Assembly (NCBI GenBank): GCA_026989335.1
Contig: JALSJN010000017.1
Span: forward strand, 22,767-86,766
Length of the DNA: 64,000 nucleotides
Source: Thiotrichaceae bacterium
GTDB taxonomy: Bacteria > Pseudomonadota > Gammaproteobacteria > Thiotrichales > Thiotrichaceae
Direction of reading: 5' to 3'
Shown piece by piece: positions 17,558 through 27,988 of the stretch; position 1 is the first letter of the stretch, and every line of letters begins with the position of its first letter. The position numbers and the translations under genes were made by a program. Below the pieces are notes generated by a model. That model was given only the letters and a program-made list of their open reading frames with translations, was not told the DNA's origin and searched no databases.

Positions 17558-17577
17558 ACTAAGTCTTTGATTTATCT

Positions 17578-18372
17578 TTATTTGGGTGGGGCTGTTTGAC
17601 CCATTGTTGGGTAAAAAACAAGCTTAAATGTACCGTAGTCCTTATCAAAATATTTCCCAGCAAACATACCATCACGCAATGTTTCTATACTGTCCGCATT
17701 AAAGTAAATACGCTCTAAAAGATGTGTTTTATCCCCTTCTTTTTTATACAGATTATATTGGAATTGCACTAAACCATTGTCAATATCTTTAAGTGTGTAG
17801 TCGATTGAGAATGGGTGCGCATCTAAGTCGTAGGCTTGCTTTCTTATGCCATCTGACACTAAAGGTACAAGCATTGGGTGTATCATTTGAAAGCCTTTTT
17901 TAGGGATTAAAGTATCTGAAACGTATCTTTCACCCTTTAGGTCTTTAACGCGTAGTGCACCTTTATCATCTTTATCAAAAGTGAATTTTACATCCATAGG
18001 CTCTCCATCTACATCAACAATCATGCCTATAGTACCAAGGCGTTTTAATGCAACAGTGCCATTATTTGCCCAGAAGATATACCCAAGTTTGTTGCCCTTA
18101 GCATCTTTGATTGTAACATCGAGATTTGTTGGATAAGAACGATTAGCAGGTAGCACCTTATATTTAAGGTCAAAATTAAATTTTTTGCCCATTTTACTCG
18201 TAAAGTCAAAATTTATCTTTGTTTTATCTTTATCGGCTTCGCTGATTGTAAGATTTTTACTTAGGTCAAAATGCTTTCCAGTAATAGATAAGTTAAATGG
18301 TAGCTCAGCAAATAATGTGGACAGTGGAAATAATGCAAGCGATAGGGGTAAAAGTTTTGTAGTTAGTTTCAT
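17578..18372 (-). CDS. Hypothetical secreted protein (signal peptide, no recognised domain)
   Basis: 264 aa. The N-terminal MKLTTKLLPLSLALFPLSTLFA looks like a Sec signal. The remainder is beta-rich, Lys/Asp-rich, and has no motif I recognise. Confidence 0.6.
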   Translation of the reverse strand: MKLTTKLLPLSLALFPLSTLFAELPFNLSITGKHFDLSKNLTISEADKDKTKINFDFTSKMGKKFNFDLKYKVLPANRSYPTNLDVTIKDAKGNKLGYIFWANNGTVALKRLGTIGMIVDVDGEPMDVKFTFDKDDKGALRVKDLKGERYVSDTLIPKKGFQMIHPMLVPLVSDGIRKQAYDLDAHPFSIDYTLKDIDNGLVQFQYNLYKKEGDKTHLLERIYFNADSIETLRDGMFAGKYFDKDYGTFKLVFYPTMGQTAPPK

Positions 18373-18438
18373 ATCATCCTTGATAGAGTTAGTTGGACTC
18401 TACGTACGGTGAGATGAATATGCTAGATGCGTGAAGGA

Positions 18439-19044
18439 TCAATCTTTTGTTGTCTTGCTATTTCTTTCAACAATTTTATCTTCAGTACCAGCGATAATCT
18501 CGGCGATATTGCTGCGATGACGCCAGTAAATAAACACGGTCATTAAGAGTAAAATTAATAATAACGGTGTCGAACCCGTTACCCAATAGAAGTAAAAAGG
18601 CGCGAGTAGTGTTGCGATGAGTGCGGAAAATGAAGATATATTAATCAGCAATGCGCTAATTAGCCAAGTAATTAACACAACCAAGCCAACGATAGGTTGT
18701 AAGCCGATATAAACACCGAGTGCGGTAGCCACGCCTTTGCCACCTTTAAAGCCATAGAATACTGGGTATAAGTGACCTAGAAATGCGGCAGTACCAATCA
18801 TGCCTAACCAGCCCCAATCAAGTCCCTGTGTATGTCCGATTGCAACGGGAATAAGCCCTTTCAGTAAATCACCAAGTAGGGTGAAAATAGCGGCTTTTTT
18901 ACCCGCATGACGAAGTACATTTGTCGCACCAGGGTTATGTGAGCCTACGGTTCGAGGGTCAACCTTCCCCATGATTTTACAGGTAATAATGGCTGCTGAA
19001 ATAGAGCCAATAAAGTAGGCGAGAATAACTAAAAAGTAGGGCAT
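18439..19044 (-). CDS. plsY: Glycerol-3-phosphate acyltransferase PlsY
   Basis: 201 aa membrane protein. GS.NPGATNV and KGGKGVAT motifs. Confidence 0.9.
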   Translation of the reverse strand: MPYFLVILAYFIGSISAAIITCKIMGKVDPRTVGSHNPGATNVLRHAGKKAAIFTLLGDLLKGLIPVAIGHTQGLDWGWLGMIGTAAFLGHLYPVFYGFKGGKGVATALGVYIGLQPIVGLVVLITWLISALLINISSFSALIATLLAPFYFYWVTGSTPLLLILLLMTVFIYWRHRSNIAEIIAGTEDKIVERNSKTTKD

Positions 19045-19091
19045 GATAGCGATATCGTTTTTATATTATTGCCTAGTTTAACAAAGAACCC

Positions 19092-19889
19092 ATGAAAGAG
19101 TCATCACTAAAAACAGTTACTCAAGGAAATCCTTATGGTGAGATATTGTTTGTTTTTCATGGTTGGGCGATGAATTCATCTGTCTGGCAAACAGTTAAGC
19201 CACGGTTAGAACAGGACTTTATGGTAACTTGGGTTGATCTACCAGGGCATGGTGAAAATAAAAACATTACCGCAAACACCCTTGATGAAATTGTCGATTT
19301 GATTCAACCTTTACTAAGCAAAACAAATAAACTAAAACAAAAGATTCATCTACTTGGTTGGTCTTTAGGCGGGTTAGTCGTTCAAGCATTAGCCCATCGA
19401 TCACCACAATTATTTAGCTCATTAAGCTTGGTAGCATCAAGCCCCAAATTTTCTCAAGCAGATGACTGGCCGCATGCAATGAGTGTTGATGTGTTGGATA
19501 GCTTTGCTGAAAGTTTGCAAACAAACTCTGATTTAACCATGAAACGTTTTATTGCATTACAATTTTTGGGGCTTAAAGATTGTAAACAATTACAAGATGA
19601 TTTGCTGGCATCAATTTTAGCTAACCCAGCTGATGCACATGCTTTAAAAGTAGGTTTAGCCATTCTAAAAAGTGCAGATTATCGAGCGATTAAGCATGAG
19701 CTTCCACAACATTGGATACTCGCTGGACATGATCGCTTAATTCCCCGAAATATGATAAATGATTTGAAATTAATTCAGCCAAATGCTCAAATCACTCTCC
19801 TAGAAAATGCAGGCCATGGCCCCTTTATAACGCATGCCGATGAATTTATATTGAGTTTTAAGCAGTTTATGTCAAACACAATCTTCTAG
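19092..19889 (+). CDS. bioH: Pimeloyl-[ACP] methyl ester esterase BioH (alpha/beta hydrolase)
   Basis: 265 aa. HGWAMNSSVW, nucleophile elbow GWSLGG, ASSPKF, and C-terminal GH.PFI.H all parallel E. coli BioH along the full length. Confidence 0.8.
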   Translation: MKESSLKTVTQGNPYGEILFVFHGWAMNSSVWQTVKPRLEQDFMVTWVDLPGHGENKNITANTLDEIVDLIQPLLSKTNKLKQKIHLLGWSLGGLVVQALAHRSPQLFSSLSLVASSPKFSQADDWPHAMSVDVLDSFAESLQTNSDLTMKRFIALQFLGLKDCKQLQDDLLASILANPADAHALKVGLAILKSADYRAIKHELPQHWILAGHDRLIPRNMINDLKLIQPNAQITLLENAGHGPFITHADEFILSFKQFMSNTIF

Positions 19890-19895
19890 GTAAAA

Positions 19896-19933
19896 CTGAT
19901 TAAGTCCAATGACTTTTAGGCTTGTCATAGTTG
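19896..19933. repeat. Solo half-copy of the CTGATTAAGTCCA-type element
   Basis: CTGATTAAGTCCAATGACTTTTAGGCTTGTCATAGTTG versus CTGATTAAGTCCAGTTGCTTTTAGGCTGAGATAGAATTG at 12617-12656. I saw no matching right-hand inverted repeat downstream. Confidence 0.4.
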
Positions 19934-20062
19934 CCGATATTATCCACGAAGATCGGAGTTTTTTATTTTTAGCAGATAGTTTGCCAAGAAAGTTCTGCTT
20001 TTAATGTAAAAATGCTTTCTCTGGATTCTTCCATTCGGTATAGTTAAGTTTCAGCAAAATCT

Positions 20063-20252
20063 CTCGCAGGAGAATTTTTTTAAATAAGTTTTGTTTGTTT
20101 AAAAAATGCCGAAGACGCAAAACCGTCCGGAAACGCTCAGGCAAAAGGACTGCGAAGAGAATGCTGGCTCTGGAGAGTGAAACAATACGTTTCCACCGAA
20201 GGGTTTAACCTGTTTTAATAAAACCAGGGAATCTCTCAGGTATCAAGGACAG
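20063..20252 (+). promoter_or_regulatory. Tandem glycine riboswitch (two aptamers)
   Basis: Aptamer 1: CTCGCAGGAGAA...GCCGAAGACGCAA...CGCTCAGGCAAAAGGACTGCGA. Aptamer 2: CTCTGGAGAG...CACCGAAGGG...CTCTCAGGTATCAAGGACAGAG. Both match the conserved GGAGA / CCGAAGG / CTCAGG.A..AGGAC cores, directly upstream of gcvT. Confidence 0.85.
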
Positions 20253-20254
20253 AG

Positions 20255-20302
20255 GGGCGGCAAATGGCATCGTGTAACGGTGTGTTTGCCGCCCTTTTTT
20301 TT
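20255..20302 (+). terminator. Riboswitch expression-platform terminator
   Basis: 10-bp stem GGGCGGCAAA / TTTGCCGCCC followed by T8. Its 5' arm abuts the P1 3' strand of aptamer 2. Confidence 0.7.
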
Positions 20303-20337
20303 GGAAATTATTTGTTAACGGTATAGGAGCTTAACTC

Positions 20338-21429
20338 ATGTCACAACAGCCACAACGTACGCCTTTATATGAAAAACACCTCGAAGCGGGCGGTAAAATG
20401 GTAGATTTTGCTGGTTGGGAAATGCCGATTAACTATGGCTCACAAGTTAAAGAGCATAAACAAGTGCGAGAAGATGCAGGCATGTTTGATGTGTCACATA
20501 TGGTGGTGCTTGATTTTAAAGGCAGCGAGGTTAAAGTCTTTTTGCAAAAGTTATTGGCGAACGATGTTGCGCGTTTAAAAGATACAGGTAAGGCGCTCTA
20601 TAGCGGAATGCTAAATGAGCAGGGTGGCGTAATCGATGATTTGATTGTGTATTACTTAGCAGATGATTTTTATCGTGTGGTGGTCAATGCAGCAACGCGT
20701 GAAAATGACTTGAAGTGGATTAATGCACAAATGGCATCGTATGATCTTACACTGACAGAGCGTGATGATTTATCAATGATTGCGGTGCAGGGACCGACAG
20801 CGCGTGACAAGGTGCTGTCTATATTATCGGAAGACGATGCTAAAACGGCATCCGGACTTAAAATATTTTTCGGCACGCAATTGGGTGATCTTTTTGTGGC
20901 TCGCACGGGCTACACAGGTGAAGATGGGTTTGAAATCATTCTGCCTAATGATCAGGCTGCAGATTTTTGGAGCCAGTTAATTGATGCGGGTGTTAAGCCG
21001 ATTGGCTTAGGTGCAAGAGATACCTTGCGTCTTGAAGCCGGTATGAATTTATATGGCACTGATATGGATGAAAGTATTTCACCCTTGCAAGCAGGCATGG
21101 GTTGGACAATCGCATGGGAGCCAGCAGAGCGAGACTTTAATGGTCGCACAGCATTAGAGAAAGAAAAAGCCGAAGGTTCTGAAAGTAAGCTAGTTGGCCT
21201 TGTCTTGGAAGATAAAGGTGTATTACGTGGCCACCAAAAAATAATTACCTCGCACGGCGAAGGTGAAATCACCAGTGGATCATTTTCACCGACATTGGGC
21301 AAGTCTATTGCTCTGGCGCGTATTCCTTTTGCAACGCAAGATAATTGTTTTGTTGAGATTAGAAGGAATCAATTAGCCGTTAAAATTGTAAAACCACCTT
21401 TTGTTAGAAATGGCAAGGTCTTAATATGA
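20338..21429 (+). CDS. gcvT: Glycine cleavage system aminomethyltransferase T
   Basis: 363 aa. TPLY..H...G....DF.GW.MP..Y start, [13 protein letters not shown] motif. Confidence 0.95.
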   Translation: MSQQPQRTPLYEKHLEAGGKMVDFAGWEMPINYGSQVKEHKQVREDAGMFDVSHMVVLDFKGSEVKVFLQKLLANDVARLKDTGKALYSGMLNEQGGVIDDLIVYYLADDFYRVVVNAATRENDLKWINAQMASYDLTLTERDDLSMIAVQGPTARDKVLSILSEDDAKTASGLKIFFGTQLGDLFVARTGYTGEDGFEIILPNDQAADFWSQLIDAGVKPIGLGARDTLRLEAGMNLYGTDMDESISPLQAGMGWTIAWEPAERDFNGRTALEKEKAEGSESKLVGLVLEDKGVLRGHQKIITSHGEGEITSGSFSPTLGKSIALARIPFATQDNCFVEIRRNQLAVKIVKPPFVRNGKVLI

Positions 21430-21527
21430 GATATACCCCGCCCCCCTCTCCCACACACGAGTAGAGCCCCCAGAATAGAACCACAACACATCAATTAATC
21501 AACCATAGATGAACTTGGAGAAACACA

Positions 21528-21917
21528 ATGAGTAATGAAAACCCGAACGATCTTAAATACACCAAAACTCACGAATGGGTACGTGACAATGGTGATGGAA
21601 CAGTAACTGTTGGTATTACCGACCATGCGCAAGAGCTTTTGGGCGATGTGGTTTATGTCGAGCTACCGGAAGTTGAATCTGAGCTAAATGCAGAAGAGAA
21701 CTGTGGCGTGATAGAGTCAGTCAAGGCTGCTTCTGATATGTACGCGCCACTTGAAGGTGAGGTAACTGAAGTCAACGAAGAGCTAGATAGTGAACCTGAA
21801 CTAATCAACAGCGCTGCTTTTGGTGAAGGTTGGATTTTTAGTATGAAACTAAAATCAATGGATGACCTTAATGAGCTCATGGATGCAGATGCTTACGAAT
21901 CTTTTTGCCAAGAATAA
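21528..21917 (+). CDS. gcvH: Glycine cleavage system H protein (lipoyl carrier)
   Basis: 129 aa. Lipoyl-Lys motif ESVKAASD, and the Y...HEW start region. Confidence 0.95.
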   Translation: MSNENPNDLKYTKTHEWVRDNGDGTVTVGITDHAQELLGDVVYVELPEVESELNAEENCGVIESVKAASDMYAPLEGEVTEVNEELDSEPELINSAAFGEGWIFSMKLKSMDDLNELMDADAYESFCQE

Positions 21918-21987
21918 TATGCATGCTGAAGTTTCCATTAACTCTAACCCAAAACCTTGCTAACAAACTCTAGATAGATTTAGTCCT

Positions 21988-24870
21988 ATGAAAACAATGT
22001 CTTTAAATACCCTCATGCAACACGATGATTTTACTTCTCGCCACATCGGCCCACAGTCTGGCGACATCCAACCTATGTTAGATGTTATTGGCGTTAGCTC
22101 TTTGGATGAGTTAATTGATAAAACAGTGCCAGAGAGTATTCGTATTTCAGAAACCTTGAATTTAGATGAGGGGTGTTCTGAGCGTGAAGCGCTGACTGCG
22201 TTAAAGGCAATTTCGAAAAAGAACACCGTTAATAAATCCTTTATTGGTATGGGCTACTACGACACCATCGTGCCCTCGGTAATTCTTCGTAATGTGTTAG
22301 AAAACCCCGGTTGGTATACGGCTTATACGCCGTATCAGCCAGAGATTTCACAAGGGCGTTTGGAAGGCTTATTAAATTACCAGCAAATGGTGATGGATTT
22401 AACGGGGATGGCGGTTGCGAATGCATCGTTGCTGGATGAGGCCACGGCAGCAGCTGAGGCGATGGCGTTGTGTAAACGCTCAAACCGTTTGAAAACCAAT
22501 AAGTTTTTTGTCGCTGAAGATATTTTCCCTCAAACCATGGCGGTACTTGAAACACGTGCAGAATACTTTGGTTTTGAATTGATAGTCGGTGATCCTGGAA
22601 CAGAGTTAGCCAAACACGAAGTTTTTGGTGTGCTGTTGCAATACCCAAGTAATAACGGCTCTGTGACTAATATTGAGCCTATCATTGAACAAGCCCATGC
22701 GCAAAAAGCAATGGTCAGTGTGGGCGCTGATTTAATGTCATTGGTGATGCTGAAATCGCCGGGTGAAATGGGTGCGGATATTGTGTTTGGTAATTCACAG
22801 CGCTTTGGTGTGCCGATGGGCTTTGGTGGTCCGCATGCAGCTTTTTTTGCCGTCATTGATAAGCTTAAACGCTCAATGCCTGGGCGAGTGATTGGGGTAT
22901 CCGTCGATACTCGTGGTAATCAGGCATTACGTATGGCAATGCAAACGCGCGAGCAACATATTCGTCGAGAGAAGGCGACCTCAAATATTTGTACGGCGCA
23001 AGCCTTACTGGCTAATATGGCCGGTTTTTATGCCGTATATCACGGTGCAAAAGGGTTAAAGAAAATTGCCGGTAGAATTAATCGCTTAACCAGTATTTTT
23101 GCAGCGGCAGTACGCCAGAGTGATTTATCTGATGGCGAGTTTTTAGTTAATACTTCTTGGTTTGATACTTTAACGGTTGCGGTAGGTTCGCGTCAAAAAT
23201 GCATCTACGATGCCGCAATAGCCGAAGGAGTGAACTTGCGCTTAGTTGATAATGATAAGTTGGCGGTAAGCTTTGATGAGACTAAAACAGAGTCTGATAT
23301 TGAGATGTTGTTTAATTTGTTTTTTGGTGTGCAGCATGGCTTTGATGTGGCTAAACTTGATGCGCAAATTATTAGCGAAAAGTGTGAGTCAGGTATCCCG
23401 CCAGCGAATGTGCGCACCTCAGATTTTTTAAGTCATGACGTTTTTAAGTTGCACCATACTGAAACAGAAATGATGCGCTACCTTAAGGCATTAGAAAATA
23501 AAGATTTCTCCTTAGTACATGGAATGATTCCTCTTGGCTCATGTACCATGAAGTTGAATGCGGCGAGTGAATTAATGCCAGTTAGCTGGCCAGAATTTTC
23601 ATCATTGCACCCGTTCGCGCCAGCCGAGCAAACCACTGGCTATCAACAAATGACCGATGAGCTATCGGTGTGGCTTGCAGAGGTGACGGGTTATGATGCG
23701 GTTTCATTGCAACCAAACTCTGGGGCACAAGGTGAGTATGCCGGTTTAATTGCAATTAATCGCTATAACGACAGTATTGGTCAAGGGCATCGTAAAATAT
23801 GTTTAATTCCAATCTCTGCGCACGGCACTAATCCTGCATCGGCAGTGATGGCGGGTATGAAAATTGTACTGGTTGATTGTGACGATAACGGCAATATTGA
23901 TGTCGCTGATTTGCGTGAAAAAGCGCAACAGCATAAAGATGATCTTGCTTGTATTATGGTGACTTATCCTTCAACCCATGGTGTGTTTGAAGAAGCCATT
24001 GTTGAAGTATGCGATATTATTCATGATAACGGCGGGCAGGTGTACCTCGACGGCGCGAATATGAATGCGCAGGTGGGGTTATCTAAACCTGGTCAATTTG
24101 GCTCAGATGTGTCTCATCTAAATTTACACAAAACCTTTGCGATTCCACACGGTGGCGGTGGGCCGGGTATTGGTCCTATCGGTGTGCGTAGCCATCTTAC
24201 ACCTTTCTTACCGGGCCATATTGATGCTAAAACCAGTCATGCGGTATCAGCAGCACCGTTTGGTAGTGCGTCAATTTTACCAGTGTCGTGGATGTATATG
24301 AAACTACTCGGAGCAGGCGGCAATACGAAATCAACCAAAATAGCGATTTTAAGTGCAAACTATATAACAACACGTTTGGCTGAACATTATCCCGTGCTGT
24401 ATCGTGGTGCTCAAGGTTACGTGGCACATGAATGTATTATTGATATTCGCCCATTAAAAGAAAGCTCTGGAATCAGCGAAGAAGATATTGCCAAACGCTT
24501 GATGGATTATGGCTTCCATGCGCCGACTATGTCGTTTCCTGTCGCAGGCACATTAATGATTGAGCCGACAGAGTCAGAATCAAAATACGAGCTTGATCGT
24601 TTTTGTGATGCGATGATCGCGATTCGTGAAGAAATTAACACAGTCGAGCAGGGCGACTGGCCATTAGATAATAATCCTTTAGTTAATGCGCCGCATACGC
24701 TGCCCGATATCACAGAAACTTGGGATCGACCGTATGATCAAAAAACAGCAGTTTTCCCTATGGGTGTGAATCCTTCGTCCAAGTATTGGCCAGTGGTGAA
24801 TCGGGTCGATAATGTCTACGGTGATCGCAATCTGATATGCTCTTGTCCTTCAATAGAAAGTTATAGCTAA
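21988..24870 (+). CDS. gcvP: Glycine dehydrogenase (decarboxylating), P protein
   Basis: 960 aa single-chain P protein. PLP-Lys region [19 protein letters not shown]. Confidence 0.95.
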   Translation: MKTMSLNTLMQHDDFTSRHIGPQSGDIQPMLDVIGVSSLDELIDKTVPESIRISETLNLDEGCSEREALTALKAISKKNTVNKSFIGMGYYDTIVPSVILRNVLENPGWYTAYTPYQPEISQGRLEGLLNYQQMVMDLTGMAVANASLLDEATAAAEAMALCKRSNRLKTNKFFVAEDIFPQTMAVLETRAEYFGFELIVGDPGTELAKHEVFGVLLQYPSNNGSVTNIEPIIEQAHAQKAMVSVGADLMSLVMLKSPGEMGADIVFGNSQRFGVPMGFGGPHAAFFAVIDKLKRSMPGRVIGVSVDTRGNQALRMAMQTREQHIRREKATSNICTAQALLANMAGFYAVYHGAKGLKKIAGRINRLTSIFAAAVRQSDLSDGEFLVNTSWFDTLTVAVGSRQKCIYDAAIAEGVNLRLVDNDKLAVSFDETKTESDIEMLFNLFFGVQHGFDVAKLDAQIISEKCESGIPPANVRTSDFLSHDVFKLHHTETEMMRYLKALENKDFSLVHGMIPLGSCTMKLNAASELMPVSWPEFSSLHPFAPAEQTTGYQQMTDELSVWLAEVTGYDAVSLQPNSGAQGEYAGLIAINRYNDSIGQGHRKICLIPISAHGTNPASAVMAGMKIVLVDCDDNGNIDVADLREKAQQHKDDLACIMVTYPSTHGVFEEAIVEVCDIIHDNGGQVYLDGANMNAQVGLSKPGQFGSDVSHLNLHKTFAIPHGGGGPGIGPIGVRSHLTPFLPGHIDAKTSHAVSAAPFGSASILPVSWMYMKLLGAGGNTKSTKIAILSANYITTRLAEHYPVLYRGAQGYVAHECIIDIRPLKESSGISEEDIAKRLMDYGFHAPTMSFPVAGTLMIEPTESESKYELDRFCDAMIAIREEINTVEQGDWPLDNNPLVNAPHTLPDITETWDRPYDQKTAVFPMGVNPSSKYWPVVNRVDNVYGDRNLICSCPSIESYS

Positions 24871-24879
24871 AGGTTTAAC

Positions 24880-25242
24880 ATGGCAGGTAGTGGTAATACA
24901 GGATTAACACGTTGGAAAAAAGCACTGGTTTTTACGTGGCAGGGCTTGCAAGCAACCTATAAGCACGAAGAGGCATTTCGCCAAGAAGTGCTGTTGCTAA
25001 TAATATCAACACCTTTGGCGCTATGGCTGGGTGATACAGGTGTTGAAAAGGCCTTGTTGATTGGTAGCGTGTTATTGCTGATGATTGTTGAATTGTTAAA
25101 TTCAGCGGTAGAAGCGGTGGTGGATCGCTTTGGTGGTGACATTCACGAGTTGTCAGGTCGGGCGAAAGATATGGGTTCGGCGGCGGTATTTGTTGCAATG
25201 ATAAATGTAGCTTTATTTTGGTTCTTTATTGTTCTTTTTTAA
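24880..25242 (+). CDS. dgkA: Diacylglycerol kinase
   Basis: 120 aa, three TM helices. EAFRQE, NSA.EAVVDR and ELSGRAKDMGSAAV parallel E. coli DgkA. Confidence 0.9.
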   Translation: MAGSGNTGLTRWKKALVFTWQGLQATYKHEEAFRQEVLLLIISTPLALWLGDTGVEKALLIGSVLLLMIVELLNSAVEAVVDRFGGDIHELSGRAKDMGSAAVFVAMINVALFWFFIVLF

Positions 25243-25294
25243 ATATTTTCTGTAAATATAAAGAGGCAATACGATACTAGTAAGTTTGCTTTTA

Positions 25295-25308
25295 TTGATC
25301 TATATCAG
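25295..25308 (+). promoter_or_regulatory. FNR/Anr box upstream of ccoN
   Basis: TTGATctatATCAG matches 9 of 10 positions of the TTGAT-N4-ATCAA consensus, ~185 nt upstream of the likely ccoN start. cbb3 oxidase operons are classically FNR/Anr-activated. Confidence 0.5.
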
Positions 25309-25480
25309 TTTACTATTAATGGTTTTGCGTTTTTTGAACTATATCCCTTTTTTGCTGTAGAAGCCGTTTTATTTTTTCTTGTTTTCCTGTATTCTTGCGC
25401 TGCATTAGGAAATGCTAATAGAAATTTCTCGTCTTTTTCTTTTGGCACTGTTTAAATTCTTAGTTATTGAGGTCTTTAAA

Positions 25481-26959
25481 ATGGCGCAGAGTATAGCGGC
25501 AAGCGATTCAACAGGAAGCATGGCAGGGGTAGAAGCGAGCTATGTTGAACAATATGATTACGATATCATAAAGAAATTTGCCGTCATGGCAATCTTGTGG
25601 GGTGTAGTAGGTATGACTGCTGGCACATGGATAGCGTCAGAGCTGGCATGGCCTTTCTTAAACTTTGATATTGCTCAAATCACATTTGGTCGCTTAAGAC
25701 CTGTGCATACTAGCTCGGTAATCTTTGGTTTTGGTGGTAATGCTTTATTTGCTACTTCTTTCTACATCGTTCAACGTACGTGTCAGACGCGTTTATGGGG
25801 TTCTGGATTAGCTAACTTCACTCTCTGGGGGTGGAATATCGCGATTGCCGTTGCTGGCATTGGCTATATGATGGGTATTACCCAAGGCCGTGAATATGCT
25901 GAGCCAGAGTGGTATGTTGATCTACTAATCGCAGTGGTATGGGTGGTTTACTTCCTTATATACACCATGACTTTATTAAAGCGTAACCAGCCACATATCT
26001 ATGTAGCAAACTGGTTTTTTATTAGCTTTATTTTAGCGGTAGCGTTGTTACATATCTTTAATAACTTGGCAGTTCCTGTCAGCTTCTTTGGGACTAAATC
26101 TTACAGCCTGTTCTCAGGTGCGCAAGATGCAATGACGCAATGGTGGTACGGGCATAACGCGGTAGGTTTCTTCTTGACTGCGGCCTTCCTTGGAATGATG
26201 TATTACTTCGTACCCAAGCAAGCGGGTCGCCCAGTTTATTCTTATCGTTTATCTATCGTACATTTCTGGGCGCTAAGCTTCATGTACATGTGGGTAGGTA
26301 CGCATCATTTACATTGGACAGCAATCCCAGATTGGACTTCATCATTAGCAGCAGCCTTCTCAATCATGCTGCTCATGCCTTCTTGGGGTGGTATGATAAA
26401 CGGAATAATGACGCTATCAGGTGCATGGGATAAGTTACGTTCTGATCCGATTATGATGTTCTTAATCACTTCATTATCGTTTTACGGCATGTCTACCTTT
26501 GAAGGCCCTATGATGGCACTTAAAAGTGTAAACGCACTCTCTCATTACACCGACTGGACCGTAGGTCATGTACATTCTGGTGCATTAGGTTGGGTGGCAA
26601 TGGTAACATTTGGTTCGTTCTATCACATGATTCCTAAGCTTTGGAATACCTCTATTTACAGCATACGTCTTATCTACGTACATTTCTTCTTAGCGACTAT
26701 CGGTATTTTGTTATACATCACTGCGTTATGGGTGTCAGGTATCGGTCAAGGTTTAATGCTTAGAGCCTTTGATGAGTATGGCAACTTAGCATACAGCTTT
26801 ATCGAAACAGTAACCTTTATGCACGGTCCTTTGGTTGCAAGAGCGGTTGCAGGTATGTTCTTCGTTTCTGGAATGTTGGTGATGGCTTACAACGTATTTA
26901 TGACGATTGCTAAGCGTGAGTCACTACGTACCACTGAACAGTCAGCAGCAATGGCTTAA
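25481..26959 (+). CDS. ccoN: Cytochrome c oxidase cbb3-type subunit I
   Basis: 12-TM heme-copper oxidase with His ligands in the conserved [10 protein letters not shown] and HHLHW contexts. The ORF opens at 25412, but ATG 25481 (MAQSIA.., GAGG upstream) is the more plausible start. Confidence 0.93.
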   Translation: MAQSIAASDSTGSMAGVEASYVEQYDYDIIKKFAVMAILWGVVGMTAGTWIASELAWPFLNFDIAQITFGRLRPVHTSSVIFGFGGNALFATSFYIVQRTCQTRLWGSGLANFTLWGWNIAIAVAGIGYMMGITQGREYAEPEWYVDLLIAVVWVVYFLIYTMTLLKRNQPHIYVANWFFISFILAVALLHIFNNLAVPVSFFGTKSYSLFSGAQDAMTQWWYGHNAVGFFLTAAFLGMMYYFVPKQAGRPVYSYRLSIVHFWALSFMYMWVGTHHLHWTAIPDWTSSLAAAFSIMLLMPSWGGMINGIMTLSGAWDKLRSDPIMMFLITSLSFYGMSTFEGPMMALKSVNALSHYTDWTVGHVHSGALGWVAMVTFGSFYHMIPKLWNTSIYSIRLIYVHFFLATIGILLYITALWVSGIGQGLMLRAFDEYGNLAYSFIETVTFMHGPLVARAVAGMFFVSGMLVMAYNVFMTIAKRESLRTTEQSAAMA

Positions 26960-26969
26960 GGAGAGAGAT

Positions 26970-27737
26970 ATGTTAAAACATGAAAGTATAGAAACAAATG
27001 CAGCTTTACTAATCGTTATGACATTAGCGGCAATTAGTATCGGTGGCTTGGTTGAAATTGTACCTCTTCACTTTATTGAGGGGACTGTTGAAGATGTAAG
27101 AATCACCGATGGCCCTAATAAAGGGAAACAAGCTGTTCGCCCTTACACGCCTTTAGAGCAATTGGGTCGCGACATTTATCAGCGCGAAGGTTGTTACACT
27201 TGTCACTCTCAAATGATTCGTCCCTTTCGTGATGAGGCACTACGTTACGGTCACTACTCTTTAGCGGCAGAGTCACAATATGATCATCCGTTTCAATGGG
27301 GCTCAATGCGTCGTGGTCCAGACCTCGCTCGTGTAGGTGGTAAATATTCAAGCGCATGGCATACCAAGCATTTGACTCAACCTACATCGGTTGTGCCTGA
27401 GTCAATTATGCCTAATTACCCTTGGTTAAGTGAGACGCCATTAGATGTTGTGGGTCTTGCTGATAAGATGTCTACATTGAAAATGGTGGGTGTGCCGTAC
27501 TCTCATACTAAAATTGAGTTTGATGCAAATGTCGAAAAGTTTGGTGAGGATGTTGCTAAAAAACTAGATATTAATATGGCAGAGAAAAACCTAGAAGCAC
27601 AAGCTAAACTAGGAAACTTCGACGGAAACCCTGATAAGTTATCGGAAATGGATGCCTTAGTCGCTTACTTACAAATCCTAGGCACAATGATTGATTTTAG
27701 TAAGCATGATGAAGCTGAGTTTGTTAAGTTTCGTTAA
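26970..27737 (+). CDS. ccoO: Cytochrome c oxidase cbb3-type subunit II (monoheme)
   Basis: Single TM plus CYTCH heme-c motif. ATG 26970 follows GGAGAGAG; the longer ORF from 26907 would overlap ccoN. Confidence 0.93.
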   Translation: MLKHESIETNAALLIVMTLAAISIGGLVEIVPLHFIEGTVEDVRITDGPNKGKQAVRPYTPLEQLGRDIYQREGCYTCHSQMIRPFRDEALRYGHYSLAAESQYDHPFQWGSMRRGPDLARVGGKYSSAWHTKHLTQPTSVVPESIMPNYPWLSETPLDVVGLADKMSTLKMVGVPYSHTKIEFDANVEKFGEDVAKKLDINMAEKNLEAQAKLGNFDGNPDKLSEMDALVAYLQILGTMIDFSKHDEAEFVKFR

Positions 27738-27771
27738 TTATTTTATTTAAATGTAGCTACTGGAGATAATA

Positions 27772-27987
27772 ATGATAGATGATTTAATGGCTTGGTTTAT
27801 GGTGTTATCAAATGCCAAAATCGTTAGCATGCTTATCCTAATGAGTACTTTTACCGCTATCCTCATTTATGTCTACGGTAGTAAAAAGCGTGGCAAGCGC
27901 TTAGAGGAATATCGTAATATCCCTTTTCTTGATGATGATCAAGATCCGAGGATACCCACACCCACTTCACAGAAAGGTGAGAAATAA
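27772..27987 (+). CDS. ccoQ: cbb3-type oxidase small subunit CcoQ
   Basis: 71-aa single-TM peptide in the canonical position between ccoO and ccoP. Confidence 0.75.
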   Translation: MIDDLMAWFMVLSNAKIVSMLILMSTFTAILIYVYGSKKRGKRLEEYRNIPFLDDDQDPRIPTPTSQKGEK

Positions 27988-27988
27988 T

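Noticed and set aside
25333-25346. Second FNR-like site TTGAActatATCCC upstream of ccoN.
   Set aside because: Only the left half-site resembles the consensus. The CTATAT inside it is more simply the -10 region of the promoter served by the upstream box.
25412-25480. N-terminal extensions of ccoN (25412), ccoO (26907), ccoP (27929), the fadB-like gene (49038) and mlaB (41039) in the ORF track.
   Set aside because: In each case an internal start sits right after the upstream gene's stop or an SD-like sequence. The extension would overlap the preceding gene or add a non-conserved peptide. Shorter starts are preferred but not proven.
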